A DNA stretch of 63,676 nt, counting the filler, from Choristocarpus tenellus KU-1152 (Eukaryota > Protista > Phaeophyceae), in assembly GCA_964200185.2 (NCBI GenBank). It is 8 parts of 8 records of this genome, joined end to end, with 100 filler letters (N's around TTAATTAATTAA, not from the genome) between each part and the next. Parts side by side here need not be neighbours in the genome. Positions count along the whole stretch, not along the records: positions 23,557 to 33,283 come from CAXNAD020003451.1; positions 33,384 to 43,258 come from CAXNAD020003316.1; 6 more parts are not named here. The stretch is one strand, 5' to 3'. Shown piece by piece: positions 23,771-36,738 of this stretch (position 1 is the stretch's first letter; the number at the start of each line of letters is the position of its first letter). Below the pieces are notes generated by a model, which did no database searches, was not told the origin of the DNA, and saw nothing but the letters and a program-made list of their open reading frames with translations. A program made the translations under genes and the position numbers.

Positions 23771-26700
23771 CTTCACCACGCCCTGATCGTCCCCACTCGC
23801 CAGAACCGACTCCGAGATCGCATACAGGGAGTTTATAGGGTAGAGGTGGGCTTTCTCTTTCCTCCAGGCGATCTGTGTTGATATGTGTTGATATGTGTTG
23901 ATATATGTTGATAGATGTTGATAGATGATGTGTTGATATATGTTGATATATGTTGATATATATGTTGATCAGACAGTGTTGATCGGCGAGCATTATTGCA
24001 GGGCCAAAGAGACAGACAAGGGGGAAGTAGAGTGGGGGAAGAGCATAGGGCTGAGAGAGAGAGAGAGAGAGAGAGAAAAGAATGTGTCTTGATGTTGCCT
24101 GTTCTTGTAACCCTAACCCTAACCCTAACCCTAATAATGTATCTTGATGTTGCCTGTTGTTGTAACCCTAAACCTAACCCTAACCCTAGGGGAGTCAAAC
24201 TGGGTTCTGCTGCGTTGCCACACACACACCTGCTGGATAAAAACATCCTCCGGAGATTCCAGGCAAGGAATGATATGTAATAGCATGTGGCAACGAGATG
24301 ATAAGGAATGATCTTTTTTCTTTTTTCTACACACACGAGTGCAACCAAGGGGTATGCATATTATGTCTACATTATGTCTAGGGCAATACTGCAATGCACA
24401 TTATGTCTATATAGAGATAGGTAGACAATAATATCTGCATCAATTGTATCAATTGTATCAATTATATCAATTGTATCAATTGTATTAACTGTATCAACTG
24501 TATCAACTGTATCAATTGTATCAATTGTATCAACTGTATCAATCCATGAACCTCCTTCACTGCCCTGCCTCTCTCTGGCCCCTCCAGTCCCCCCCAACTC
24601 CCAAAACTTCTAGGGCTTCTATGAACAGTGGTCAGGTCAAGTCTGTCGAAAGCAAGGGAGTAGTCCCCAGGCTGGACCAAACCAGGCCCACCAAGTAGTG
24701 AAGTAGTGGAACCTGACATGTCCGGTCTACATTCAAGTAGCTCCTGACATGTCCAGGCGAGGGTGCCTTGGAGATAATATACACACTGGCCCAAGGGCCA
24801 GCCTCCAGCCGTATTGAAATATGGGAGCGGATGAAACATATAAAAAAAAATACATATTCCCACAAGCATTTGGGATATTCTGGGACAAATTTCGACTGGC
24901 TGACCCAACCCATCCTACACAGACCGGACTGGTCAAAATATTATTTTTTCCATGGCCGTGAGTGTTTTAACAGGACTGGGTTGCAGGCTGGGGCGGTGCC
25001 AACATGTTCTGACAGAGACAGTCCATACTCGTCAAAGGTTTCCAAATGGTCAGGGCACAGACTGGTCTCGTACCAACACCATCTAATAGAGCCAGTCCAT
25101 GGTTTTCAAATGTTTCAACATGCCTGGGCCACGGGTAGGCCCACAGCAATGACTTGGACATGCTAACTCCTAGGACTGATGAAAAACCCTGAAAACTTCT
25201 GCATATCCCCATCCACAAAAACTGATTAGTTAATGTGTGAACATATACTCGCAAAGAGCAGTCTCAAAAATGAAAAAAAAAAAATGGGTGAGAAAACCAT
25301 GATATCTCACATAAATGCATAATACATACATATATATAAACTATACACATATACACACACGTGTACATACATATCTGCTTAGGACCAACCACGTGAATCC
25401 ATTCACTACAAAGTTCATTCAGGCCATTTTCACTCTCAAGAAACAGCTTTTGAAGAAATTATTTGTGACATAAAAATAAAATATGCAAGAGCGACCACAT
25501 GCAACTGTCACAACAGCGCCTACCAATAGGTCACTCATCCCAGAGTGAACACCAAATACGCAGAAAGTCAAAGTGACAGAAAGTCAAAGTGATAGAAAGT
25601 CAAAGTGATAGAAAGTCAAAGTGATAGAAAGTCAAAGTGATAGAAAGTCAAAGTGATAGAAAGTGGCATCCTCCGAAGTACCAACATATCTCACATTTTA
25701 TTGATATTTTAAATCTTATCCTGTGTACATAATTTGTACGTGTACGATAAAGGAAACTTTAGCATCACAAGCACAACAGGCGTAAACCAGTGGAAAGGAA
25801 GTGCAATCAAATGTTGCCCATTTTGTAACAAGTTCCCAACAAGTTCCCTAAAAGTACCCAACTCTAACCCTTCCTTCGCTTGCACCTTGCATGCACCCTC
25901 CCATAAAACAAGCCATGGCTGTACTGGCACCTGGTGATCATCTATGTTATGAGGGCCAGGTGTTTAAAAGAGTTTGATTACCCAAGCGTGGATATACATG
26001 TAGGGGTAGATAGGGAGAGTACCTAGAGTACCTAGAGTACCTAGAGTACCTAGAGTACCTAGAGTACCTAGAGTACCTAGAGTACCTAGAGTACCTAGAG
26101 TACCTAGAGTACCTAGAGTACCTAGAGTACCTAGAATACCTAAACAAAGGTGGCATTACTGAAGACTCACCTGGCCAGTCTCACCGACAGCAGCCAGCGA
26201 CATGTCCTTGGATCCCGTGTACAGTGCTTTGGTACAGTGCAGGGCAAAGGGGAATCAGGGAAGACAGGGATCGTGTTGCTTGCAGAGAGTAGAGCTAGAG
26301 CGTACACAGAAATCACAATACCAAGTACTTAGTGCAGGCATCTGTGCAAAATGATAGCGGCCTTCGTTGCATGGTGTATCAGGTTATTCGGCACAATGTA
26401 GGAGTTGAGGTGAAATTTTCCTCGAAACTGATCTATCACGTGACGAGTGGAAAAGAAATTTAATATTTCCTACACCGGGTCAACTTGACAGACGTAAGGG
26501 GAAAATCTTGTACTCATTGAAAAGGGAAAGTCATTCAGATACAGTCAATGAAGGAGCAGTAGGGTGCCTGCCGTAGATGCCTGGGGGCGGGCTCACCACT
26601 TCCATCGGCAGAGAACAGCACACTTCGGCAAGAATCTCCATGGTGAGTCAATTCCAAGGCCTGTTCATGTCCCATTTCTGAGAACTGGTGCCTGTGTATC

Positions 26701-27349
26701 AGAGATGAAAGCATCACATGGCCAGCACAACGATTAGCTCCAAAGAGCACTCTGGCCAAACGAACTATATGCTCATCACGGAGGCGAATGGTTGGTAAAG
26801 GATGCCCTGGTTCAGACTGGGCAAGGTTGTTTTGCACATCAAGCAAAGTGTCCCTTTAACAACTCCATGAACCTCCCATCTGGCTATTATACTTCAACCC
26901 AATCACAGGCAATTATAGGCCGGCAGCGTGGAAGTTATTCGTCGTTGCAGGATTAGCTCGCCTGATCTCGAATTCAATTACACTCTCCGCAGCCTTTTCC
27001 ATATTCAAGAGAGGTTGGTCGGCTACTGTGCTCTTCTCCTTGTGGTCTTTTGGGGTCTGCCTCGCTCAGTAAGGATCGATAGATCGTCCAGTGCATTTCT
27101 ACCTTGCTACTTTCCACTCTCAAAGGCAGTCGACCAGCAATTCTACTATTCTAACATCCCATTTCATTGTGTAAGCTTCTCCTCTGGGATCTTATGTGTA
27201 TTGGACGTGACAACAACTCACAGGTAGACTCTACCATTCACGAGTCCAGTGGCGATGATGTCTTTTTTCGGGTGGAAGGATAGCTCGATCACCTGCTCTG
27301 GAAGCTCTAGCGCCTCCATCACGGAAGACGCTGCATCCTCTCCGTCCAT
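23771..27349 (-). CDS. WDR55: WD repeat-containing protein 55 (JIP5/WDR55), first four exons
   Basis: Exons 27349-27222, 26691-26597, 26226-26171 and 23872-23771 have GT-AG boundaries and consistent phases. Translation: MDGEDAASS...[25 protein letters not shown]...[27 protein letters not shown]...[27 protein letters not shown]. Matches the WDR55 pattern (FHP..., SCR...FS.DG..L.T.SKD, AH..PINSL...LA.GDD.G). Confidence 0.88.
23873..23970. repeat. 10-bp minisatellite (ATATGTGTTG)n
   Basis: Direct inspection; abuts the WDR55 exon 4 acceptor. Confidence 0.85.
24438..24544. repeat. 9-bp tandem repeat (TGTATCAAT/C)n
   Basis: About 11 units. Confidence 0.9.
24611..25191. mobile_element. hAT-type MITE in WDR55 intron
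   Basis: Ends TAGGGCTTCT / AAAAACCCTG flanked by a perfect 8-bp TSD AAAACTTC (24603-24610, 25192-25199). Related pieces lie at ~16170-16516 and ~13081-13330. Confidence 0.8.
25562..25664. repeat. 16-bp tandem repeat (AGAAAGTCAAAGTGAT)n
   Basis: About 6.5 near-perfect units. Confidence 0.92.
26017..26142. repeat. 9-bp tandem repeat (GAGTACCTA)n
   Basis: About 14 near-perfect units in a WDR55 intron. Confidence 0.92.
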
Positions 27350-27357
27350 CTCTCTCG

Positions 27358-27407
<50 letters not shown>

Positions 27408-27761
27408 TTACGAAACAACAAGGATGTCTTAACCACTACTCTCCACTATTAGTAGTCTAGTAATGGTCTTTATTGTTAGAGAGTATCATCATCGCGTGAA
27501 TGGATTTCGGCGAGCATATCTCATTGATCGCTTAGCGCGACAATTATATTATTCATATAGTGAGGGAAGGTGTTTGACAAAACATTTGGTTATGGATCCT
27601 GTACTAGATGCTGGAAGTGGAGGAGATACGATGACCGACGGTAAGGAGGCAGTAAACTCTTGCTCGTGTCCTAATGGTTACATAAACATGTGAATTCTCG
27701 TGATTAGTATGGTTGTGGCGCGTCGAACCTTTGGCGTGGAAGCGTTGAATAGAATTTGGAC

Positions 27762-28510
27762 TGTTACAGGCGAATAGCGCGAGCTTTTCTTCTTGTGTTC
27801 CAACGAAGTGCGAGCATTTGTTACACGCGAATAACACGATCATTGATATCATGTTTTAGCAAACACGAACATTTGTGACAGACGTATAGGGTGAGGATTG
27901 TTTCTCGCGTTCTAACAAGTGCGAACAATATACGATATTAGTAACACCTAGGTAGCCTTACAGAGTAAATGATGATTTTATAGGGGATACAGAGTAAGAT
28001 TCGGAATGCATACGTAACATTACAGAAGAAAATGTCAAAGTCCCTAAGAAGTTGCAGAAGAAAGGTTTATGATTGGAGTGTGTGTAGAGCAGTTGCATAG
28101 AAGACCAAAGAAATTGGGTGGATAATGAAAATAATAAGAGAGGATTTTGGCCAAAGCCATCCCACTTGCCTCCAGTCTTATCTTTTGAACGAAACATTGA
28201 GTCAAGCTTTGAGCTAAGCACTGAGTGGAGTATCAGGAGAAGGCTATCTGACACGCTACAAACTGTTGTAAAAGGCAACGCCCCTATAGCGTCGTTTAAA
28301 GGTCATCGGATTTGAGTTGTACATCCTGTGGAGGTGAGTTCTGAGGAGCTCCTGTACCATGACTGTTGGAATATTTTCTTCTTTCGTTTTCGTGGCTCTG
28401 AGTAGCTGACTGTAGCAATCCACTGAAGAGAGGAGGTATAGTGGTGCACCCGACAATCCCATTAACTTGATCCTCAGCTGCCTGTATGTGAGATGTTACA
28501 AATGCCACTC
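27762..28510. repeat. Unclassified dispersed repeat D (second copy at ~22520-23456)
   Basis: Colinear similarity from ACAGGCGAATAGCGCGAGC through GAGTTGTACATCCTG in both copies. The right boundary is uncertain. Confidence 0.7.
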
Positions 28511-29257
28511 AAGGCGGGGTTAGGAGGTGATGGTCACAGATTGCCTCTCGATTTAGTAAAAAGAAAGTGAGCCGTGACTGATTGTTTGCGCTACTTCCGC
28601 TTCCAGATGAGAAATTGCTAATGTCGCAACCAAGCTCTTTTTTGAGGTGCCTTCATTTCGGACAACTTCTCACGACTCCGTGCACTTTACCCACGAAGTA
28701 GACTTGCTTGATTATGAACCACATAATTTCCCTCTTTTCAGTGAAATATATACTAAACGGATGCGGTTATGAGGATCCTCCTCACAACCTACCTCCTATG
28801 AAACATCAACTGTGAGCTGATCAACCTTAACCCAACCATCAGTTAAGTCTGAATGAATGTGTGTGAACCTTCATGCCTCACACTCCCCCTAGTACGGGAA
28901 GGAAGAAGAAAGGAGGTCCCATATCCCCCGGTGTTGTACTTATCCAGCGGCACCCTCGATAGTTCTCCGACCCTGCACACATCTCTCTTAACACGCTGTC
29001 CATCTGTGCCCTTAATGTGCACTGATGCGAAAACCTTCATGGATCCTCCTGAATAGTGTAGCATTTAATCCACCACTTTCCAAAAACAGTCCTGGGATAC
29101 GAACCCAGCAGCAATGGGAAGGATTGGGGTTAGGAGGGGAAAAAATTGTATGGCTTACATTTCTTCAACTCCATGCTCAGGAGATGAGATAATTTCAGTA
29201 TGGGTGTACTACTGCAACCAGCACAAGCGTAGGGAGTGCTACAACATAGTTCGTCTT

Positions 29258-29433
29258 GGCTCAACATATACCACGGGGAGGGGGTCTACACCAGGGTGTC
29301 CATTCGGGCCCTGACCAGGAGAAGTGCACTTACATTATCCATCCAACAAATGGAACCAAATTACCTAAACATTGCGACATGGAAAAATGGTACCCGAATG
29401 GACAGCAACCACCCACCCCAGATACTTTGAGCC
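29258..29433 (+). mobile_element. MITE family C
   Basis: Family C body; right TIR CCCAGATACTTTGAGCC; degenerate left TIR; TSD TCTT. Confidence 0.8.
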
Positions 29434-30163
29434 TCTTTACCCTAACTTCAAATAGACATAGGTAAGAAGACAGCAACTCAACTGAAGCACAGACCACGCT
29501 CCTTAGTCCTTCTGGTTGTTCGCATAAGGAGATGCTTTGAACTACTATACACACCAAATGCTGATATTAGTACACATTAAGAAATAACTATACAGGCACC
29601 AAGATGATGTATGTAGAACGTTAGATGAAAGATGGATCAGGACATTGAAATATAGAGATGAAGAAAAAAATGAGGAAATGTTTCTACCAGTAATGTATAG
29701 GAATTATGTGAAAGCGTGATTATGGAGACTAGGAATTACCCCCCCCTAATGGACAGGGTTCACTCTTCGCTGTAACTCAACTAAGCACATTTTACGTCAT
29801 CATCTTCTTCTTGGTGAAGCAGCGTACCTTTTGTAGCGTGCAAACACTGGTTACGTTGATTAGAGCATGGATTCTGCAGCTCCGAACACGAACGTTTCGG
29901 AAGGCTTGATCAAGGAAAGTCCTTAGCTCCATACATCCACATAGACCTTGAGAGTCACCCTCACGTCCGTTTTGATAGCAGAAAATAGTTTAAAAAAATG
30001 AAATAGTACTGTGGAGTAGTAGTTTTTGTTTGTGTAATTGCCTACAAGTGTCACTCCCTCAAAGCTCCAGAGGGCGGTTATTCAATTATCGTGAATAAAT
30101 CTAGCCGCCAAGAGTTCCAGACTGCCAACGAACATTGGTTACAGAGGGTATAGAGTGCAAATC

Positions 30164-30425
30164 GAGCCAAAGTGCCTTAGAGGGTATAGCCGCGTCCATT
30201 CGGGGGCCAAAATCCAATGTTGCGATTTTGATGTTATCTTGGCTATTGTGTTTGTTGGGAGTTGTAAATATCCTTGTTCCGAACACACCTTTTCATAACG
30301 CGTACGTTTTGCCTACTCCGAAACATTTCGGAGTAGGAAAATGTCATAAAAAACGCATGGGAAGCCAAGCCTCAAACGGACAAACAGGGCAAATTTCGTA
30401 CCCTAACCCTAACATACTTTCACTC
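30164..30425 (+). mobile_element. MITE family B
   Basis: Full-length copy with a perfect internal hairpin CCTACTCCGAAA-CA-TTTCGGAGTAGG; no clear TSD. Confidence 0.88.
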
Positions 30426-31099
30426 TAGGTGGGAGGGATAGTGATTTGTTGCAGTGGTGTTGGAGGAACTAAGAGGGAGAGACTACTCCTGGTCCAGATT
30501 CATTGAAGACTTGGATTATTGGAGTGCCTCTTCCTGAAAGAGTGATAACATCTTAGATTAGAGAGGGATGTTAAGGACCCCTAAGACTGCCTTGTGATAT
30601 ATTCGTTTTGAGCATTTTTGTAAAGGTAGGTCAATTTCGGCTAATGGTATGATATCAACTAATCTTATTCTATAGTCGTACCTCCTGAGGGGGGTTAACT
30701 TATCCAAAATGATGCTAAGCATTGGATGGGCATGATCAGATATTGTGAACCTCTGATATTTTTAGCAATTTTACCGGAACTTATCCTCTAGTAACAGAAC
30801 TGTGTGGTTGCCAACCGTGCAAAGGTCTGCATCTCCTTCAATGCGTCCATCATACAATCAAATTCGACTGAACTGATGAAGCCCTTCTTTCTTCTTGTCC
30901 AGGGTCGCACAGCTGCAGATGTGGCTACTGCCACAGCTGCCACTCTCAACACTCTGATGGCTACAACATCTAATACGGACGAGGATAAACGAGCTGCAAA
31001 GGTTTGGATGCCTGCCCCATAGAGAACACCTTCACCAGCAACTGCAAAAACGAATCGTGTAGTGTCCTTGAGCTACTGAAGTGATTTGACCACGAGAAA

Positions 31100-32050
31100 G
31101 CTTGGAGCTATGTTGGGGCTTGTTCTTTGCTCAGCATCCCTTGAACCACTGGTTCCCAAACATAGTCCATCTCCAGGCAATGTCCAACCATCTCCATCGT
31201 ACCTGTTTCTTTTTTTCCCTTGTATGGTAGGCCCTGTAAACAGGTGCTTTGATCTTCCACCTGATGTATTGGGGCTGCAATTTTTGGTTCCATGTGGTTA
31301 AATAATTTCCATAGTATCTGTTCCGCTCGCCACCATGCCGTTTCGTATACGCACACCTTCACCAGGTCTTGGACAGTGCATGGAGAGGTGCAGAGGCATA
31401 CCATTACTACATGCTCGCACACAGACAACTCTATGAGGGCAAGGTCGACTTGGCAATGCGCACTGCCATCAGGTTGAGATAATCTTGAAATGAAAGAAAC
31501 AAAATTGACACTATCGAATGGAATGTAGTAACTGCCACAAATTAGTGACAACCACTGCTAAGAAGCAGAATGTCAGGAGCTCAAAATCCTATTTGTTTGC
31601 ATGATTTTCATAGAGGCAGTCAAGAATTACAATTTGGTCAAGTGAATTTCAGTGTGATGCATGGTACAATCCAATTGGTCAGTTGCTTTAGTTCTTGCTC
31701 CACAGCACCACAAACACATGCTTCTAACAGATTACTTCGCTGGCCCGGTCCCCTAGGTACTGTGTTTTCATCTTGCACTTTTAGCATACTTATCATTGCC
31801 ACCCACGTAATTTTCCCCTATGAAACACTTGCACTAGACTTGAATTTCAAAAAATTCCTGATAATTTTTCATCCATCTCTGACATACCCCTAACTCTTGG
31901 GATAATGAGACACCATCATGATAACAACAAGGCCTCTTCTTCTTCCTTCTACGGTGAGTAAACTTCACCTGAGGTTTTCCTAGTGCCTTAATGTAGGCAA
32001 GGAAGTAAACAGGACCATAGGCATAATTTCTTGCCATGTCGCCTTCATGC
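31100..32050 (-). mobile_element. Degenerate RTE-like LINE remnant
   Basis: Minus-strand frames give an APE-like segment (SNLLEAC...LTN...KFT) and an RTE 3'-like segment (VGHCLEMD). Heavily decayed. Confidence 0.45.
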
Positions 32051-33043
32051 AGAGTTTCAAACCAACTGTGAACACCTGGACTAGGTGCGCTGAGTTTGAG
32101 GACATTCTTGAGGTGTGGGACGTCTATTGCCTGGTGGCCTTAGCAGCATACCACAGCGGTTTCATGGGGATTTGCAGTCGGTGAGGTTTGATGGTTCCGG
32201 AAAGAATTCCCACTATAGGCCAGGGCAGAGTTTGTTGTGTTGATCTCCTGCACATGTCAGTGCTCGATGAGATGTAGCTCTTGCTCTTGAGCTCTATCTG
32301 TTCTATTTGATTCTCAGGCATTATTTCCATCAACAAGAAAACACACCCCAAATAGTTCCTTTCAAATGTAACCCCTCGTATTCTGGTGGTTAATTTCCAG
32401 ATATTTAGGTTCTTGTCGCCTTCAAAGACTACTCCCCCAGAGAATGTCACCAACTATATGCCTAAGAGATGCAAAAGGTGTGACTAACCTAGAGAAGTCT
32501 TTCCACCCTACCATATGGGCGGCACAGTATCCAATTGAAACATTCAAGAAGTGAGGGGGAAATGGTGTTGTGGACCTCTCTTGCAACCTTGTTGATTGAG
32601 GATTGAGAATTTAACCTCAGGATTCATCGTACTTCAGGAGGATATATAGCAAATATAGACGCAATTTCAAGTACTCCAGAGCATAACGCTTCCTAACCAA
32701 CTGCTGCAATTCAATGTCAATGCTGAATTTCTATAGTTTCTTGGGACATGAGTTCATGCGTTCAAACTCCTTTCCCAAGTTTAGACAACACTGAAAGAGG
32801 AAAAACGTGGCCTAATTGTGCAGGGCATTTGTCAAGCTGGAGACCCTGTCGGGAGAAGGAGAAGAACGGCTTCAGGCTGCAGAGGTAAGCCCATATCCTT
32901 GAGATACACTCACCATACTATTGGCATTAAGCTGTACCTTTTCAAGCTTCCTTCGTGTCGCTATTGGTCTACAACGGAGATAGCTCTATGTTGCTCAGAG
33001 GAATGACTTGTGAAATGAGTACTGCATGTTACAAGGGACTTAT

Positions 33044-33283
33044 GAGCCAAAGTATCTTAGAGGGTAGGCCTGCGTCCATTTGAGGGCCAAATTCCAATGT
33101 TAAGATATTGATATGACTTTGGCAATTGTGTTTGTTAGTAAGTGTGAATTCCCTTGGTCCAGGCACACCCTTTTATAACATATACATTTCACCTACTCCG
33201 AAACATTTTCGTGTAGGAAAATGTAATAAAAAAAAGGCATGGGAAGCCAAGCCCCAAATAGACAAACAGGGCAAAACTCGTAC
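33044..33283 (+). mobile_element. MITE family B (cut by contig end)
   Basis: Left TIR GAGCCAAAGTATCTTAGAGGGTA and family B body. Confidence 0.88.
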
Positions 33284-33534
33284 NNNNNNNNNNNNNNNNN
33301 NNNNNNNNNNNNNNNNNNNNNNNNNNNTTAATTAATTAANNNNNNNNNNNNNNNNNNNNNNNNNNNNNNNNNNNNNNNNNNNNCTGCCCCCCACAGATAC
33401 TTTGGGTCCATTTGGTATTCTGAGTCATTAAGTGTAAGGACTGGTGAGCCCCACCTAGTGAAGGTATATCACTCTCTTCTCAACTGTGGTACAAATTAAT
33501 AAACAATAATAGAATTAGTTGTGTGGGACAACAG

Positions 33535-36500
33535 ATCGTCAAGGACAGCTTAACAAGAAGAACCGCACTGGGAGTAGTGGAAGACTGTGGTGCCTGTAAC
33601 AGAAGTTGCAGTGGCTTTCATTTTGGCATCAGGGCAACATCTGAAGGAGATGACAACAAGCTGAACCTCAACCTGAGTCACTATAGTCTGGGTGTAGGGA
33701 ATTTTGTTCAGGTCCTGGAAGAGTCACAGGCTTCAGCGGCCTCTGGTTGCGTCAGATCTCTCTCTCTGAGAAGCAATTTCCTTGGTCCTGAGGACTGTGA
33801 ACTGGTGGGTTGGAGTATTACTTCACAGGAAAGTCCAGGGTAGAATTAGGACCGATTTGAGATTTTCACAAACTTCAGCATTTTGCACTTTACGTTCTTC
33901 ATTCACAGAGTGCATGCCATTCCATGCTGTATAATGGGCGGTAACTATTTGAAGAATTTTTGCATGCCTGGATGGTGATTCCGACTTGCAGTGTCTTAAG
34001 TACAGAGAGCTACAGCTGGGAATAGGGGGGGTGGGCTGAGTTTGTGTGCACTCTAGTGGGAGCATTTCTCAGTCTGCTGCTCCCCTTGGTTGAGAAAGTT
34101 TCGTTATGCTGTACCACTGGAAATTGTTTCCCATAAACAGTGCAACCCCCCAGACTGAAAACTCTTCCCCTATTAATAGGTATCCCATTTTTTCAACTAG
34201 CCCTCCTTTTCTGCCTCTCTAATTGTGTGTCATTGTAACATGTTGAAAGCTAGTTGGTGTGCTACCTGCTCTCCAGAGCCTGGACATTTCATTCAACCAG
34301 ATCAGCAGAAGAGGCGCAAGTGCTGTGGCAGGGATGCTTTGCGAGCATACCTGTTCACTGACGTCTCTGGACTTGAGTGGCAATAGACTGGAGGATAGAG
34401 GAATTGCCCCTGTCTTGGACGCCTTGTCTAACTTCAATGGGGCAGGCCGCTAACTCAGATCTTTCAGGCTGGTTCAGAAATACAGAAGCCTGAGCCTGAT
34501 TTAAAACCTCTGTGTGTTTGTGCCATGGTTTCAGATTGTGCACCTTCCTGTATCATTCCAATCCACACGATGACCCCTCTGAACGACTCAAACCTGAGTG
34601 AAAGTATCTTAGAGGGACGAGTTTTGCCCCATTTGTCAGTTTGGGGGTTGGCCTCCCATGGGTTTTTTATGACATTTTCCTACTCCAAAATATTTCGGAG
34701 TAGGTAAAATGTGTATGTTATGAAAAGGTGTGTCCGGAACGAGGATATTGACTCTTCCTAACACACACGATAGCCAAAATGACATCAAAATCGCAACATT
34801 GGATTTTGGCCCCCTAATGGACGCAGCTCTACCCTCAAAGATACTTTGGCTCCCTCACTTTCTGGAAATAATAATACTGGATCTTGATCTGAAAGGAAGA
34901 TGGAACTCAACAACCATGCTCCAATTTATTTTGGATACTACTGCAATTTAGAATGCACCGATTCAAAGGTCATTGTACTTCAACCTTTGCAGTCTATACT
35001 TCTATCCACCACAATTTGCTGCCATACATTCCACCGTTGTTGTAGACCATGCTGATCTCGCCTGACCCTTGAGTTGTACATTGCCTACACCACCACTTGC
35101 TAAGGACTCTCAGTGTACTCAAAGTGATGATATGTTTAATACCTGACATAGTTGATGCAAGAATTTTTCGGAGGCGCATGTTATCATTAGCTAATACCAA
35201 TTATATGTACTTTTCTTGAACACACTCTATGAGCCCTGGTACCAACAAGTTTTAGGTGCCACATAAATGTTATTTGAAGACGAGGCTGAGCAAACCATAT
35301 CCGTCTTTTGTTGGTGAGCATCCTTCACTAGAGAGGCCCAAGAGGGTGCTTACCCAGATGGCTGAGGATGTTCCCCAGGAAGAGAAGTCATCACTACATT
35401 AATAAATCGGAAAACTATGAGTATTGCTACAAATCTATGCTTTTCTTGTCCCTTCACACATGGGCAAGGAGTCGAATCGCACGCCCTTTACTTGATGTTT
35501 CTCCTAATTGGAAATAATATGACCTGGACGTTGTGCTGTGTGCAAGTGTTCAAATAACTTCATTGAAGGCAAGGACCCCTACCTGTGCAACATGCTCTGC
35601 AATAATTGTTGTATCAGTGAGCTTTCATTGTCCTGGAACCGTATCAAAGGGCACCGCCATGGCGAATCCTATCACTGGGCTAGTCCGGTGCGATGATTTT
35701 CGTGTTGGATGTGGGTATTAGGGTGTTGGTGGAGTCTACTTTTATGATTTGTCTTGATAAACCTGGAGAAATCGGCCCGACACATATCAGGTTGCATTTC
35801 AAAGGCCCAGATCTCATAGCTAAATCTGACTTCGTATCATAAAGTACTTTGTGGTATGTAGTATGGATGTTCACAATTTGATATCATTGCCCACGACCAA
35901 TCTGTTCCTGTGCGAGAATCAGAAGATTACCAGTTAAATAGGGGGGCTGCCTACGAAACATCCCCAATTGAAACACTGCAATAAATATAAAAATATTATA
36001 TGGAAGAATTCGCAAGTCATTTTGAGTACAATAGGTTCTATGACATATTTTTTGTACTGGTTTATAACAAAACAAACATAAAGTGATGAACTTTGCTATA
36101 GTGCACGAAGACTCTTTTGAGTTTTTACCCCATTAGCTTGCAGCAAGTTGCCCCCCCCAAGACATTTTTCCCCACAACTTGAGTAACTAAGCATTGTCCT
36201 TAAGCCTTTCTACAACTGCTGCCATCACTCCTCCTTTTTATAAGTCAGAGGTGCTGGAAACGTCATTGGATCCGCCATACAAATGTAATAGATGATGCTC
36301 CACCACCTCCACCTCCACCTCCACCAACCAAAGTCCATGTTCGCCTCCCTCCCTCTCCAGGCAAAAAAAATCCTTGAGGCCTTGACAGAAAACATAGGAA
36401 TCACTTCAGTGGATCTATCTCACAACAACTTGGGTGTTGATGGCCTGTCAGCTCTTGTGACAACAGTTCGGGCCAACAACTCTCTCACAACTGTAAACCT

Positions 36501-36738
36501 CAGCCACTGCCTTGCAGCAACTGGGGTAAAAAATGAGGTGTTGATATCTCTCTACAAGACTCTAGGAAGTGCCCTTACTGAGGGTAGGATAGATGGGGGG
36601 GGAGAAATTTGTCTTGACCTTTGGGGAAACCCTTTCCCACCAATGGCTGTAGATGCCTTGCGCGCAGTGCAAAGTTCCAATGAAATCCCAATAATCCTGC
36701 TTGACAATGGATATGGGAGAGATGATTGTGCTGCATAA
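33535..36738 (+). CDS. Leucine-rich repeat protein (RNI/NLRC3-like), 3' exons
   Basis: Exons 33535-33804 (LNLSHYSLG, SLSLRSNFLG), 34250-~34441 (LQSLDISFNQI, LTSLDLSGNRLEDRG) and terminal 36361-36738 (ITSVDLSHNNLGVDG, LTTVNLSHC, LDLWGNPF). An intervening exon may be missed. Confidence 0.82.
34596..34852 (-). mobile_element. MITE family B in LRR gene intron
   Basis: Family B TIRs; TSD CCT. Confidence 0.9.

Noticed and set aside
25947-26156. ORFs such as (YSR)n, (IQL)n, poly-P at 49542-49861 and poly-N at 50265-50606
   Set aside because: Translations of tandem repeats or homopolymers, without splice or homology support.
30164-30425. Fanzor/TnpB or IS200/605-type element suggested by the internal hairpin
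   Set aside because: No RuvC or HUH ORF in the window; the elements have TIRs and TSDs typical of DDE transposition.
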